A stretch of DNA of 64,000 nt, from assembly GCF_021869535.1 (NCBI RefSeq), contig NW_026262734.1, positions 9,672,001 to 9,736,000 of the forward strand, read 5' to 3'. Position 1 is the first letter of the stretch. Each line of letters opens with the position of its first letter. The notes under the pieces are model-generated. The model was given only the letters and a program-made list of their open reading frames with translations, was not told where the DNA came from and did not search any database. The stretch comes from Mytilus californianus. Taxonomy: Eukaryota. A program made the position numbers and the translations under genes. Of the stretch, positions 11,101 to 24,199 are shown piece after piece.

Positions 11101-14100
11101 CTTTAATATGTTGAATCTAACCGTGTATTTAGTTTTTGGATTTTGGGCCCCGTTTTTAAATTGATCCACATTGAGGTCCAAAGGGTCAAAAATTAAACTT
11201 TGTTTGATTTCATCAAAAATTGAATTGTTGGGGTTCTTTGATATGCCGAATCTAACTGTGTATTTAGATTCTTAATTTTTGGTTCCGTTTTCAAATTGGT
11301 CTACATTAAGGTCCAAAGGGTCCAAAATTAAACTTAGTTTGATTTTAACAAAAATTGAATTCTTAGGGTTCTTTGATATGCTGAATCTAAACATGTATTT
11401 AGATTTTTGATTATGGGCCCAGTTTTCAAGTTGGTCCAAATCGGGGTCCAAAATTAAACTTTGTTTGATTTCAACAAAAATTGAATATATGGGGTTCTTT
11501 GATATGCTGAATCTAACCATGTATTTAGATTTTGATTTTTGGGCCCCATTATCAACTTTGTCCACATTGAGGTCAAAAGGGTCCAAAATTAAACTTTGTT
11601 TGATTTCATCAAAAATTGAATTCTTGGGGTTCTTTGATATGCTGAATCTAACCATGTATTTAGATTTTGGATATTAGACCATAATAGGTGAATGTCCAAT
11701 TTAAAATTTTTAAGTTCTTAGACCACATTCATTCTGTGTCAGAAACCTATGATGTGTCAAATATTTAATCACAATCCAAATGCAAAGCTGTATCAAGCTT
11801 GAATGTTGTGTCCATACTTGCCCCAACTGTTCAGGGTTCGACCTCTGCGGTCGTATCAAGCTGCGCCCTGCAGAGCATTTTATTAAATACTTGTCTTGAT
11901 CTTAATCTACAGCGGACTCATTATTATTCATTTGTTACTAATTTTCATAGATTTCATGGGTTTAAAAATATAAGATTTCAACAAAATATAACTTTTGTAT
12001 AGTATTGTATACATAATTTATCAAAACCATGAAAATACAATTTTCAACAATCCAAAAGAATTGGTAACCACTTTACTTTTCATATATATGTAACACTCTC
12101 AAACGTGTCCATCCCCTCCCAAACATGTCTATTTTGTCCAAACATGTCCTTAAAATCCCAAATCACCCAAATGTGTCCTATTTCACATCCCCCAAATGTG
12201 TCAGATAATTGTTATTCGCCAAAACGTGTCCACTTTAAAATGTCACGATATCTCAAAAATTTTAGTGTTAATATGCCCTCAGCGACATCAATAACATTTA
12301 CGGTACATTCACTAAAGAGACATAAACAAGAGAAATAACTTTGCATGTATTATAAGCATCCATGATACCAGCCAAAATAATTAATTGTTAGAAAAACATG
12401 TATTACTTAAAGGAAGCGTTAAAATACAGTATGTGAAACTTGCAAGATGTGCATTTAAGTCATTTCAAATGTGCATCATCTTATTTACCTGTCATATTAC
12501 GTTAAATTTATTATTAAAGAGGTCAAAATTCACTAACAGAAAATAATGGATTAACTGATTGTTGCTTGCTTAAAATTTGGTGGCAATTATTTCATGCATA
12601 TTTAGGACAAAAGATTGATTGATTGTTGGTTGGTTGCCTAACGTCCAGTGGCAAATATTTCATGCATGTTTAGGATGACATTATATTACAAATAAATATT
12701 AGGCACATTTTCAGCGTTTTTTTTTTAAATATGGACACCATTGAGCGTTCACAAAAAGGAGACGTTTAGGTTTCAATGGTGTAATAAAATGGACATGATT
12801 GGGCATTCATAAAAAGGACATCTTTTGGTGCCATTTAGCAACTAGATATGCAAGAAAAAGAGCTATATGCTGTTTCACCATGAAAACTAGATAAAACAGA
12901 AATATCTCAGTGGAAATGTATAAATAAAATTATCAATAGGTTACAAGAGCAAAATCTAAAGATACTGTACATCCTTGTCAGAGTAAGAGAGGACTTATAT
13001 CTTACTGCAGCATGTTTGAGATCTTTCATGTTTTGCACCTTACACAGTGTTTGAATGTTTTTCATAGGTTACCAATACCTTTGAATGCATCCTTCTAAAT
13101 ATTAAATAATACTGCAGAGAAGAATCTTTTTCTTTACTTGCTTGACATAAAGAGTTTGTACGTCTTCAAATGAAAATTTCTGTATGTCAGTATAAAATAC
13201 TTACTCAAACACTATACTTGGCATGACAACCTCTAGTAGTGATTCTTTGATTGGCCCAAAGGGCAATAACCCAGTGTAAAATACTTACTCAAACACTATA
13301 CTTAGCATGACAACCACTAGTAGTGATTCTTTGATTGGCACAAAGGGCAATAACCCAGTATAAAATACTTACTCAAACACTATACTTGGCATGACAACCT
13401 CTAGTAGTGATTCTTTGATTGGCACAAAGGGCAATAACCCAGTGTAAAATAATACAAGTAGCAATATCACTTTCTGCATGGAGAAAATTAATGGAATATC
13501 AGGATTCTGAAAAGGAAAATTTGAAGATACTGTGTATATTTATATACATGTATTAACATCATGTGTGTAAGGTTTTAACTTCTGAAATGGAACCCTAGAA
13601 TAAATTACGAATTAGCAAGTACACTGAGGTAAAAATAAAAAGCTGAGTCACATACTTATGCAAATTATCTACATGAATGCAATTTTGTATCTGGCAAAAA
13701 ATACAGCAAAGTGAAGGAATAGGTCACTGCATGTTAAAATATTTGATTTTGTAATTTCTTAGGAAAGTAAAACAAAGATAGCCGACCTGTGTTAAGACTA
13801 ACATTTATTGATAATTTTTTTTACAGGAAATGTAGATCGAAAATTTTAGCAGCCACAGCCCTCTTTTATGGTTGACAATTTTTGCCTCCTTTTTGAAAAT
13901 CCTGGATCTGCTATTGCTTGTACACAAAACATTAGTATATCAGATATCAGTTATAATATATTTGAATTCTGTATAACATATTAGCTTTATAACTTCAAAT
14001 TTATTGATTTAAAAAGAAAACTGCCTGAAATTTATAATCTTCCCCTTAATATATAGAGCATGAAATAATTGCCGCTGGAGGTTAAGCAACAAACAATAAA

Positions 14101-17100
14101 TAATTTTATAGATACCAATTACATCATTACATGACATTAGATTTTTTGCTTCAAGATTTTGTATACAATCATATCAAAACGTGTCAAATATATTCTTTGA
14201 TGAGGATGTTGCTCATTTATAATCATATTTTAAACAAAAACATCCCAAAACTAGATGTTAAATGTTTTTTTTTTGGGTGAAATATTATGCAAGTTTTGAC
14301 ATCTTTATGACTTAATAGTGAGATCATAAATAACATTTCTGCACTACTGTGCCAACACTATTCATTTTATTTATTTTGATTAAATAATTTTACTAGTATT
14401 GCAAAATATCATACAATCTTTTCTCCACATTTTTGTCAGTTCTCAATTTCTGGTTTTAATTAAGTTGAGAATTCATTTCTGGTATTATTGGACTCCAAAA
14501 TGAAGAAACATTAATAAATGTACCAAACTTAAATTAGTTTTCACTATTTGTACTTACAATTCTGTATAATTTATCTGTCACTTTACTACTCCTGTTTCCC
14601 CAGGCTATTAAATGTTCTCTCTTAAATTCTTTTATCATATCATTAACCTGAAATATATATGATATGAAAAAAATCTGGAGGACTGAAACTCATGCATTTG
14701 CATGAAAAAATAATATTTCAATATCTGTATTACTTTGAAAAGGGAAACAGTTGATTTTGTAGTAAAATTGTCAACATAGTCACTGTTGCACTGACAAAGT
14801 ATGACATTGTTGTAAGTGTGAAACAATTCAATTGTGTTGTTAAAAATTACAATGTAATAGCTTATTTTTTCTATGTTAATGGCATAGGCACTTGTCTCTG
14901 ACAAAAAATACCTATATTCCTTAATATTACACATAGGTAATTTTTTTCCGAGACATAAGCCTGTGGTTAATGGAGCCTTGATAGAAACTCTGATATATAT
15001 CATTCAAATTTACTCTTGCAACTAAAATAATACACAAAACATACACAACCATTATGTAAACATAAAAATCACCCCTCCTCCCCATCAACTATGTAGGGTC
15101 TCTTTAAAACAATAGTGTACTTTTTACCTTTTCTATAAGTTCATCATCATCTATTTTAATATCTATATTTATAGGCATGTCAGGAAATGCCTCGAACACT
15201 TCCCGTAATAATGGTATTCTTCTGTCTTCTCCACCCTTCAGTTTAAATGCTGCAAAAGTAAAGTATCATCTATAGCAAACAAATGAACAGCTCACCAACA
15301 GACAGGTTTTCTGCCTTCAGATCACATACGGGTACTTATAGAACTTTATAGTAATAAATATTTTTATGAAGCAGTAAAGGACACTGTTTTCATTCAATTA
15401 AAATTAACTCCTAATATCGAAAAAAAAATTTGAATGAAGAAAGCAATTGGTGCTTATGTTCAATCAAAAAGAAACATGGGGATATTTACTGTTAATGTTG
15501 GAAAAAATCCCTGTTGCCCTTACTAACACTATACATGTAAAGAAGAAAACTTTTCCCATCCATTGGAGTATTAAAAATTATTTACATAGGATCTGGCTGA
15601 TACTGCCATTTCCACTTACTTGAAATGTGTTGTTAAACAATCAACAAGCAATCCTAAAATATAATATTGAGAAAATAATTTGGTTTGAAACAGTATAATT
15701 TTTATATTGGCAGACCTCTGATTTAAGTTTAAAGGATTTGGTTTGGTCAGTTTGCTTACTTAGGTCTGGAACTTTTTACAATTGACATTTCATGGCCTAT
15801 TTGTAGACAAATAACTAACAAGTCTGGCTAATTCTACTTTTGTATTTTCCACTTCTGATCCTACATGTCAAGTATTTATGAATTGGGACATGTTTTTAAT
15901 GAAACATGCTTGGACTGTATCACTGAATGTGACCTGTTTCTCCATGACTTTGATTTTGATAATGCATTATAATGCCCAAATAGCTGTAAAATTTTATTAA
16001 TTATCTACATAAAGATAAAGATAAATAAAACTCATTGTATACTTACTTTGATAGAAATCTAATCTGTGTTCTTGATTTAGGAGTGGTAGTTCCTTCAAAT
16101 ATATTAAATCAGACATTATATATAAAACATGATAAAACTTACTGATCTTTTGAGTTTAGCAATTTACAGCTTGTTATTATGTTGTGCTATTACACCACTG
16201 TCCCAGGTTAGGAGAGGGTTAAGTGCACACAAACATGTTTACCCCCTCCAATTTCTTTGTGTGTCTGTCCAAAGTTAGGAGCCTGTAATTCAGTGGTTGT
16301 TTTTGGTTCGTGTCTGTCATATTTGTTTTTCATAAATTGTATTGTTATAAATTAGGCCATTAATTTTCTCATTTAAATTGTTTCACATTCATGACATTTT
16401 TAGTGTTGGTGCCTTTTAAAGCTGACTATACGGTATGGGTTTTTTCATCATTGATTAAGGCCGTACGATGACATATGATTGCTTCTATCTTCGTCATTTG
16501 AACTCTGGAAGATAGTTGTCTGATTTGCAATCATACCAAACCTCTTTATTTTTAACAAAGACCAAGAATTTCCATAGGCCAAGAAATATAACTAACCTCA
16601 TACGTAAAATCTGAAACCTGACCCTCAGTTTCGCATGTTCTTTTAAGACTACTGTCATGTGATACAACCACCTGACCATCTTTGGTAATATGACAGTCAA
16701 TTTCTAACATCTCTGTTCCAATAGAAGCAGCACTGAAATATTTCAAAAAGGACAGTTACATTTCATCCTTGCTTAAATAGAACTAACATTAAAATGTCAA
16801 GTATAATCTATCAATTCATTGAACCAAGAACGAATTTTAAAGTTTCCTAATTTATTTAGTTTTGACCATTACGAGAATTTCAACCTACCCCCATATAAGA
16901 CTGATATTCTGGCACGGTAAGAAGAAAATGACAGCCATAGAAAGGAATGGATATATACACTTTTTTGCTCATCTAATTATGCTCAATTGTGCAATTAAGT
17001 TTTTTTTTTGGCTTATCAAAAATAGATAAGAAAATCTTCCATCAGGGCCTTTGTCTGACAATCTAAATTTACAGGGGGGGGGGGGGGGGAAGGAATCCAA

Positions 17101-20100
17101 TATATATGGAAGTACATGTTCATCATATCAATGTTAACAGGATCATATGAATTTTGATTCTCAATGCAAAATTCCAACATTATTAGTTCCACATCCCGTT
17201 ATTTGGAATTCTTAAATCACATGCAATTTCAATTAGATAAAAAAACAGAGTTCCAATGTCCCCCATGTTGCACATATTTTATCTATCCAAGGTACAAGGG
17301 CAATAACTAAAAAAAAACTCCTTTTTTTTTCTTCTTTAAAACTTTTTATAAATGTCTTAGAGAAATGAAGGCTTCAGAGCAAACGCAATGTGATTTCTGT
17401 TATAAAAATATTTGATAAGCACTTATTTTCCCAAGTGTCAAAGACATTGCTGGTATAAACCTATGATATAAGTTCCATAAAATTCTGGCAAGAATTGTGC
17501 ACATGAGAGTGCTAACAATGCAATTTTCCATAAAATCAATATTTCCAAGGGGCATAACTCTTTTTAAAAATAATTGATCAGCACTGTTTTTTTAACTCGT
17601 CCAAGACATTGCTAATATAAACCTATGATAAAACCTATAAAAAAACTGGCAAAGAATTGTACAAGGGAGAGTGTAACAAGACCGGACGGACGGATGCCTG
17701 GTATTTCTATGTTCCCCGCAACGGGTTGCGCGGGGGACAATAATTATACTAGATGGAGTCATTTTATTATGTGGATACCAAGTTTTGTTGATTGATATTT
17801 GATTTCGTGGATTTGTTGAAGTCTCATTAGAAAATTGAACATTTAAATTCACGAAATCTACACCAATTGGTATTCCATGAATACTCTTATCTAGTGAACA
17901 TGTAAGTCTGGAACTATTCTTTAAAACATCAATTGTCAATAAAATCAACTATTGATTTGACCTCTCTCATTATGGATATAAGAATACATGTTTTTTTTAC
18001 ATCAATGAGACAGCAATCCTACAACAAAAATAAAAATAAATGACATGTAGCTGTCAAACAATAGGCGATTGTCATAAAAGTTTAACGCTACAACAGTTTT
18101 CTCCTAACTTACTGTTTAAATGCTGTCATTGTATTCTCTATGTGTTCACCAGCTCCTGTAAGAAAAATGTCATATTCATGAGAATACATGGCAAACTGTA
18201 TAAATAATTGCTTACATTAAATGGTAAATTTGTTATTTGTACCAAAACAGATATATATGATCAGGATTTTTTTTTTGTCTCATATACATCATTGTCATGC
18301 TTGTATCAAGTGCAAGTCGATGGTTTATCTGTAGTATCTCATTCTGGATAAAACTTAATCGGTATATAAAATCATACATGTGTGTTTATATATATTAATA
18401 TAATATTTGTTGCATCTCTTTTAATTGCAGGTCATTTATATTAGGAGTATGTATGAGAAAAGACATAAGTATGAAAAATGCATGAGCAGAGTGATATATT
18501 TCCTGTAACCTTGTGAATAAGCACATTAAAAATCCAGCTCAGAGTGCTTGCAGGATTCACAATAAAATGGATGTCCATATGATATCAGACGGTAGTATTG
18601 TTATCTCCATTCTAATGAAACTGACAGAAAACATCGTCAAATCATACATTTAAAATCTGTCATATATTGTCTGCACTTGGGAGTAAGTTTACATAACATC
18701 AATTGTGAATTGATGCCATGAAAATTGGTGACGTTATCCAATCAAAATGAACGTTACAAACGATGTTGCATTAGAATATACTATCTACAATTGGAGATTT
18801 TACAGCTTTGCTCTTTTGGTGTAATTTAGCCAGTTTAATGAAATAAATGTAGATCCACATGATCTTGTCAACAAACAAACAAACAAAGGGAAAACTCAAG
18901 CAGAATAATATATTTATGTCATTATTACTTTGGGAGAGCCTTAAGCAATCGAAAAATTCCTTTCACCTTAATATTTGTTCCTTGCATCATGCCAAAATCT
19001 ATTTTTGAAAACAATGCATGCTGGAAGCATGGAGTTCATCTCAAATGCTGTCGAGTTATTGTTCTTTCGGGGAACGACCAAGCAATTATTGGAATACTTA
19101 ATTTAAACTGGGAACAGTATATCTAACGGGAAATGAATCTGATAGGCTTTTCAGTATAAAATTGATAAAATCTCGAACTTTACGAGACTTCGCAAGATTT
19201 ATGGATTTTGGAAGGGTCTGATTGAACTGCTCAACAAATTAACCACATAATTCCAAACGTTCAACAAATACAATAAATTGATAAGTTTTATCGTAAAGTA
19301 GATATATTTTGTCATATAAAATGACCAATATAAGTGTCATTTATTTGATGTGAAGTGTTTTATAATGGTTTGTGAAATTCGCGGTTACTGGGAATGTCAT
19401 CGGCCCCATTTTTTTATTACCCCATTTGCATTCTGTACCCTTCTGTGATGAAATGAATGTGATTATGACAAATTTGAAGTGACATATTACAAATTCGATA
19501 CTCTGGCATCACTTATTATTACTTAGTTTGAATGACATTTTATTGATATTACCAGAAATTAGTAAGATAATAGCGAGTATGTATTTTACTCATGTCCATT
19601 TCCGTATCGTGTCATTTATTAACTATGACCCGACGATAAAATCAGCTATAATTAGGTAGTGTCAAGTCCCGTCTATATATATGTTCCTGATTTAAATCAT
19701 GTCCCAATTCCAACAGATGTGCGTGTATATTTATATACCACACACTACCAAACAGATTCAGCATGTGACCAGTAAACTATTGGGATTGGCTACAATGACA
19801 GTTATGAAAATCAGACCACCGGTTAGCAACATAGGCCGTACAGTGACCTATATCGATAGTTTTAAACAGCCAAATCATTTGTACTCTGGTGGTTAGTTGT
19901 CTCATTTACAATCATATCACATCTTCTTTTTTGTTTTAGGTCTTTATGAGGTTAGAGAAAATATAATAGTTTAATATTATTGTACAGAAACAAAACCAAA
20001 ACTGAATATTTAAGATAACAAATAAAAAATGCATACCCCCTCGATGGCTTATATGCACAGGTTTAAATTTTATGCTTTTCTTTCTGTGTAAAATTTGAGG

Positions 20101-20184
20101 AAATTTCAGTAACAACACTGAGGTTACAATGTAACCTCCAATCACTGCTAAAACCACCATGATTACGATAATTTCTGTCAACAT
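840..20184 (-). CDS. GDPD1: Glycerophosphodiester phosphodiesterase GDPD1/GDE4-like (lysophospholipase D), 10 coding exons, 326 aa
   Basis: Exons in transcript order: 20184-20037, 18155-18113, 16732-16597, 16092-16047, 15249-15128, 14647-14558, 13506-13373, 9876-9814, 9313-9262, 986-840. All junctions are GT-AG with matching phases; total 981 nt ending in TAA. The protein has an N-terminal hydrophobic helix and the GDPD motifs ISHRGGAGEHIENT, MLEIDCH, VVSHD, PINIDIK, YTGLLPFVPI, LWVLN and GVMTDFP. GDPD1 versus GDPD3 orthology cannot be resolved by eye. Confidence 0.93.
3163..5177 (-). mobile_element. HINE-like element, family F3, copy A (~2.0 kb)
   Basis: It splits the host motif GATAATAACCA|AAAACAGCAAAATTT. 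Ends TTTTATACGACCGC...GCGGTCGTATC plus a terminal hairpin; (GAC)n microsatellite at ~5050-5125; internal ~130-bp, 35-bp and ~125-bp arrays. Confidence 0.72.
4046..4240. repeat. 35-bp tandem array (x6) inside F3 copy A, mirrored at ~10805-11030
   Basis: Unit TTTCTTGCTATTGCGCAATACTGTGCAATTGAAGA at 4046, 4081, 4116, 4151, 4186 and 4221. Confidence 0.9.
9951..11884 (+). mobile_element. HINE-like element, family F3, copy B (inverted relative to copy A)
   Basis: Collinear reverse complement of 3163-5177 with the same ends (TTTTATACGAACGC ... GCGGTCGTATCAAGCTGCGCCCTGCAGAGCATTTTATT) and the same internal arrays. It lies in GDPD1 intron 7. Confidence 0.75.
13188..13451 (-). repeat. 84-bp tandem triplication of the 3' part of GDPD1 exon 7 and its splice donor
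   Basis: TTACTCAAACACTATACTT recurs at 13201, 13285 and 13369. The span is 3x84 + 12 bp. Confidence 0.95.
16180..16530 (+). repeat. Interspersed repeat (also at ~59140-59440 and in fragments elsewhere)
   Basis: TACACCACTGTCC(C/T)AGGT...AACATGTTTA(C/A)CCCC...GTCC(A/C)AAGT(T/C)AGGAGCCTGTA(A/G)TTCAGTGG is shared between 16190-16300 and 59150-59260. Confidence 0.6.
17250..17742 (-). mobile_element. HINE-like element fragment in GDPD1 intron 2
   Basis: Minus-strand end TTATTGTCCCCCGCGCAACCCGTTGCGGGGAACA (hairpin) followed by a (CCGT)n microsatellite, plus two internal repeats. Confidence 0.45.
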
Positions 20185-20628
20185 TGGTTATCAGAAAATG
20201 AAATTTGAGATAAAACAACTGCCACTCTTCTTCTTGGACTTTGTAATGACATCGTTTGTTCTAAATTTTGACTACAGATGGAATACAATGTTAAAAATAG
20301 AAATGTCATTTTTGTACTCCACAAATAAGAGTTTATAATAAACTAAAATTCGAAATGGTTATGGTTATATGATATTCACGGAACTTAAAAGGAGGCATAA
20401 TCAATCTCCGTTTATGGAGCACCGCGAAAAACACATTAAACGGAACAAACCGAAAGATCTGATTATAATCTGATACATAATCATTAATCTAAATGTTGTA
20501 AGAAAACAATTTTTAGAAAACTGTTAGTTAATATGAGAAGTTTGAAAATGAATATCCTGGCGGCTGGCCGAAAGAGCTGAAAATATATAACCTTCCATAA
20601 AACAGGATGGAAATGAATATTCTGTGTC

Positions 20629-20632
<4 letters not shown>

Positions 20633-20676
<44 letters not shown>
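20633..20676. repeat. (CT)n microsatellite ~450 bp upstream of the GDPD1 ATG
   Basis: About 22 perfect CT units. Confidence 0.95.
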
Positions 20677-20680
<4 letters not shown>

Positions 20681-20689
20681 ATATAATTG

Positions 20690-21556
20690 TAGTCCAGCCC
20701 TGGCCTCAGTGGCATAATTTTATTTTTCTTATTTTTTCTGTTGTGACAACAGAGAGAAACAAAATTCGGGTGCAGGCCGTTTCGTAACCTGGTCGTTTCG
20801 TAACTAGTCGATTCGTAACTTACTAGGTCGTTTCGTACCTGACACGTTTTGTAACCTTATATCAATATATAATAACAACATGTGAGTCGTAGGTTACGTA
20901 AAAAATAATAAAAAGACTTATTGATGTATATATATATATCTATATTTATTTATTAAATAATTGATTGCACATAATTTTACACTTTAAAAGTACAGTTTTT
21001 CACACATGTGAATAGAACAGAAGAATTTAAATTGTCCATCATCATTTAGATGTACCCCGTCTTTATCAAAGTATTTAGTCTTCTGCCATGTGCTTTGATG
21101 TCTCCAATACTTGACACCACTCATCTTTATGTTGCTTTGTTCTTTATTTATCTTCTTTTTTTTTCTATCATAAGTTGTTTCTTTCAAGTTTCTTGTTTAT
21201 AGTCTGACGATGTCGGAGCCTATAACTACAGAAGAAACACCTAAGCGCTTGACATCTTTTGCGAAACTGTCCCCGTCCTTCTTCCTTAAAATCCAAACGA
21301 CTGGCCTGGTAGTTTCATACAATTCCAAGGGCAACACTTTTAAATTTTTACGTAAGTTGATGGCCTTACCATTCCTGCCAGTGGAGCATATCAAACTAAC
21401 ACTTTATAACCATATATAATTACACAAGGTACGAAACGTCTCAGTTACAAAACAACGTAGTTACGAATCGACCAGGTACGAAACGACCAGGTTACGAAGC
21501 GACATGCATTCCAAAATTCATTGAAAATAACGGTCACTGAGGCCAAGGCTGGACTA
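20690..21556. mobile_element. Small MITE (~115 bp without its insert), 22-bp TIRs and 10-bp TSD, Mutator-like
   Basis: TIRs TAGTCCAGCCCTGGCCTCAGTG / CACTGAGGCCAAGGCTGGACTA (one mismatch). TSD TATATAATTG at 20680-20689 and 21557-21566. Confidence 0.75.
20768..21511. mobile_element. 744-bp non-autonomous MULE-like element nested in the MITE
   Basis: 8-bp TSD CAAAATTC at 20760-20767 and 21512-21519. Long TIRs are built from GGTCGTTTCGTAAC-type subrepeats. The internal peptide KIQTTGLVVSYNSKGNTFKFLRKLMALPFLPVEHI resembles MULE transposase sequence (recognised by eye). Confidence 0.65.
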
Positions 21557-21779
21557 TATATAATTGTAACCACATCATTGTAATTTGGTTAACTTTATCA
21601 CGTGTAAATAGTTTTATCTTAATATAAAAAACAAAACAAAATAAAAATGTTCACTATGTAAAAATGTTAAAATTAATGTGATTATTCTGCCAGTAATGGG
21701 CGTCGTTGATTGAAAATAATATATTAAACTTGAACTTTAACAACCGTGAAACACATTTTACTACATACTAACCATGATA

Positions 21780-22340
21780 GCAGTATTCATCTTGGTACAC
21801 TTAATTTAAACAGCCTCTTCTAGTGTAGATGATTTAGTACTCATTTCAAATTCGACAGAAAACTTCAGTCATCTATGATTACGAATGTCATAGAAAATGT
21901 TAACAGTTACCGCTTCTTCGGAGTTATATTTCACCGTGCTCTAGCTGGCACTTTAAAAGAAGCCAGATAATCCCTTAACCAAAAAGGCTTAAAAGAATAT
22001 TTCAAACTTTGCGAGGCATTTGGAAAGCGAAAACCTAAGATAAATTCATTTTCTTCAAGTTTTCAGCTTGACCACGCTGTGAAGCCCACTCTATTATATG
22101 GCAGTGAGATTTGAGGTTTCAGCAGTACAACACATTCAGTACCCTTTTAAATCCATATCCATGTTATGATTAATGTATGTAAAAATCTTCAACACGACTT
22201 GATAAGTTACATTAAAAAATGTGTATATAATAAGAAAACTACAAATATTTCTAGGAGAGGTGGGTCGTTAACTTATCCACTGTTCTAGAATCAATATGTA
22301 ATTTATTAAATTACTAGAAACATTTATAGACGATAGTGTG
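21780..22340 (+). mobile_element. Decayed non-LTR retrotransposon RT fragment
   Basis: QLDHAVKPTLLYGSEI*G near 22065-22120 matches the C-terminal LINE RT motif (KPxLLYGxExWG). The region has many stops. Confidence 0.5.
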
Positions 22341-22607
22341 GGTTCATTTTGCTAATTTTAAAACTGAGACTTCAAATAACATAAATGGTGTAGTAATCAC
22401 GGGCAAAAATGACATAATTTTTGAAATACATTTTTTACTTTAATGTCATAAATCTCTATATTAAGTACTTGGACATAACATTTTAAATAAAACGTACTAC
22501 AGGTTCAAATAGGCATATATCGGATTCTTCTGACTAGTTCGCTTGCAACCGTTAAGGAACTCGTTATCAAATATTGTGACAAAATTATATTAATAGCGGC
22601 ATAACCT

Positions 22608-23550
22608 TTTTTATGCCCCCGCCGTAGCGGAGGGGGTATTAAGTTTTACCCTTGTTCGTCTGTACGTACGTCCGTACGTCCGTCCGTACGTCCCAAAGTT
22701 GGTTTCCGTTCTTTAACTTTAGTTTGCCTCAACCAAATCTTATGAAACTTATACGCAATGCCTATTACCACTAAATACAGATCAAGTTTGAATTTTGATG
22801 GCGTCACTTTTACCGTTCTAGAGTTATACCCCTTTACAAATGGAAAAATGCTAAATTTTTCGTTTCCGTTCTCTAACTTAAATTAGCCTCAACCAAATGT
22901 TATGAAACTTATACACAATGCTTATTACCACAATATACAGATCAAGTTTGAACTTTGGTGCCGTCACTTTTACTGTTCTAGAGTTATGCCCTTTACAAAT
23001 AAAAAAAATGCTACATTTTTTTTTTCTAAAAATATTAATCAAGTTATTTTTAAAATTGGAGTTATCTTCCTTTGTCCGTGATTATAGTTCAATCAACTTC
23101 ATACAATGCAATGTTTAATTTTGCCTTCCACTGATAAATTAAAGCAATTTTTACCCTTTATTTATAAAGATATTTTAAAGTCTGCTTTGAAAATTGGAGT
23201 TATCTTTCTTTGTCCAGAATGGTAGTTGAATTAAATACAACCAATGCAACATTCAATTTTACTTCCTACTGATAAATTAAAGCAATCTTTACCATTCAGT
23301 GCTTACAAGCACTTTGATTACCGTTCTAGGGTTATGCCCCTTTACAAATGAAAATCCGTTCTCTAACTTGAGTTTGTCTCAACTCAATGTAATGAAATGT
23401 ATATATATATAATGCTTTTTACCACAAAACTCAGTTTAAGTTCAATTTATGGAAGCGTCACTTTAACAGTTCTGGAGTTATGTACCTTTATAGCGTTATA
23501 TATGCTAGCGGGGGCATCATCTGTGTCCCTATGGACACATTCCCCATTTA
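22608..23550 (+). mobile_element. HINE-like element with (CGTA/CGTC)n microsatellite
   Basis: 5' TTTTATGCCCCCGCCGTAGCGGAGGGGG; 3' GGGGGCATCA plus the hairpin TGTGTCC-CTAT-GGACACA; internal ~130-bp repeats. Confidence 0.65.
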
Positions 23551-24199
23551 TTTGGAATTAACAAAACACTATTTGGAGGTGTCGGCTAAGTTACTTATTT
23601 TAAAGGCAAGAGTGTCTCCGATTAGAGTTTTTTTTCTCTGTGTATTATATAACCGCAAAATCTAATCGAACAGATCATTTCCTTTTCAGTAAAACAGGTG
23701 TTCTGATAAATCTGTGTGTAACTGTATTTGTTAAAGAATTCGCAATTCCCTTTACAACGATTAAAAAAGTATAACAAAAATACCGAATTCCAATGCAAAT
23801 TCAAAAAGGGAAAGTCCATAAAAACTGACACAATCAAACGTTATCAACCAACGGAACGAATGGGCAACAACTGTCACATTCCTGACTTGGTACAGGCATT
23901 TCCCGAACAAAATGGTGGGTTGAACCTGGTTTATACTTACAAAGATACATTTATTGGACACACACAGAAATTATTTAAGTCATTAAGTTTTTTTGCTTCA
24001 AATATTCATGTTCGTATGGGAGATAGAGTCAAGTGGTTGGTATTTCAATGTGGACAAACTGCCTACACATGTTGCAGGTTTTCCTTTACTGTTATGAATC
24101 ACAGTTTAACTTTATAACGAGCAAGCAAGGCTTCATCGGTTAAGTATTTAAAGGTTCTTCTAAAGGCTGCAGGTACTGAGTATTTCTTATTTACTCTTT

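Noticed and set aside
3470-11677. Many 60-127 aa ORFs (3470-3775, 4228-4533, 5008-5244, 7575-7817, 9924-10214, 11272-11655 and others)
   Set aside because: All lie within HINE-like internal repeats or microsatellites and recur in mirrored form.
14635-15003. 122-aa minus-strand ORF in GDPD1 intron 5
   Set aside because: No GDPD similarity. The true exon 6 (14647-14558) is in another frame, and exons 5 and 6 join in phase without it.
17073-17089. Long G homopolymer as a G-quadruplex signal
   Set aside because: An isolated run inside repeat-like intronic sequence, read as poly-C in the pre-mRNA, with no supporting context.
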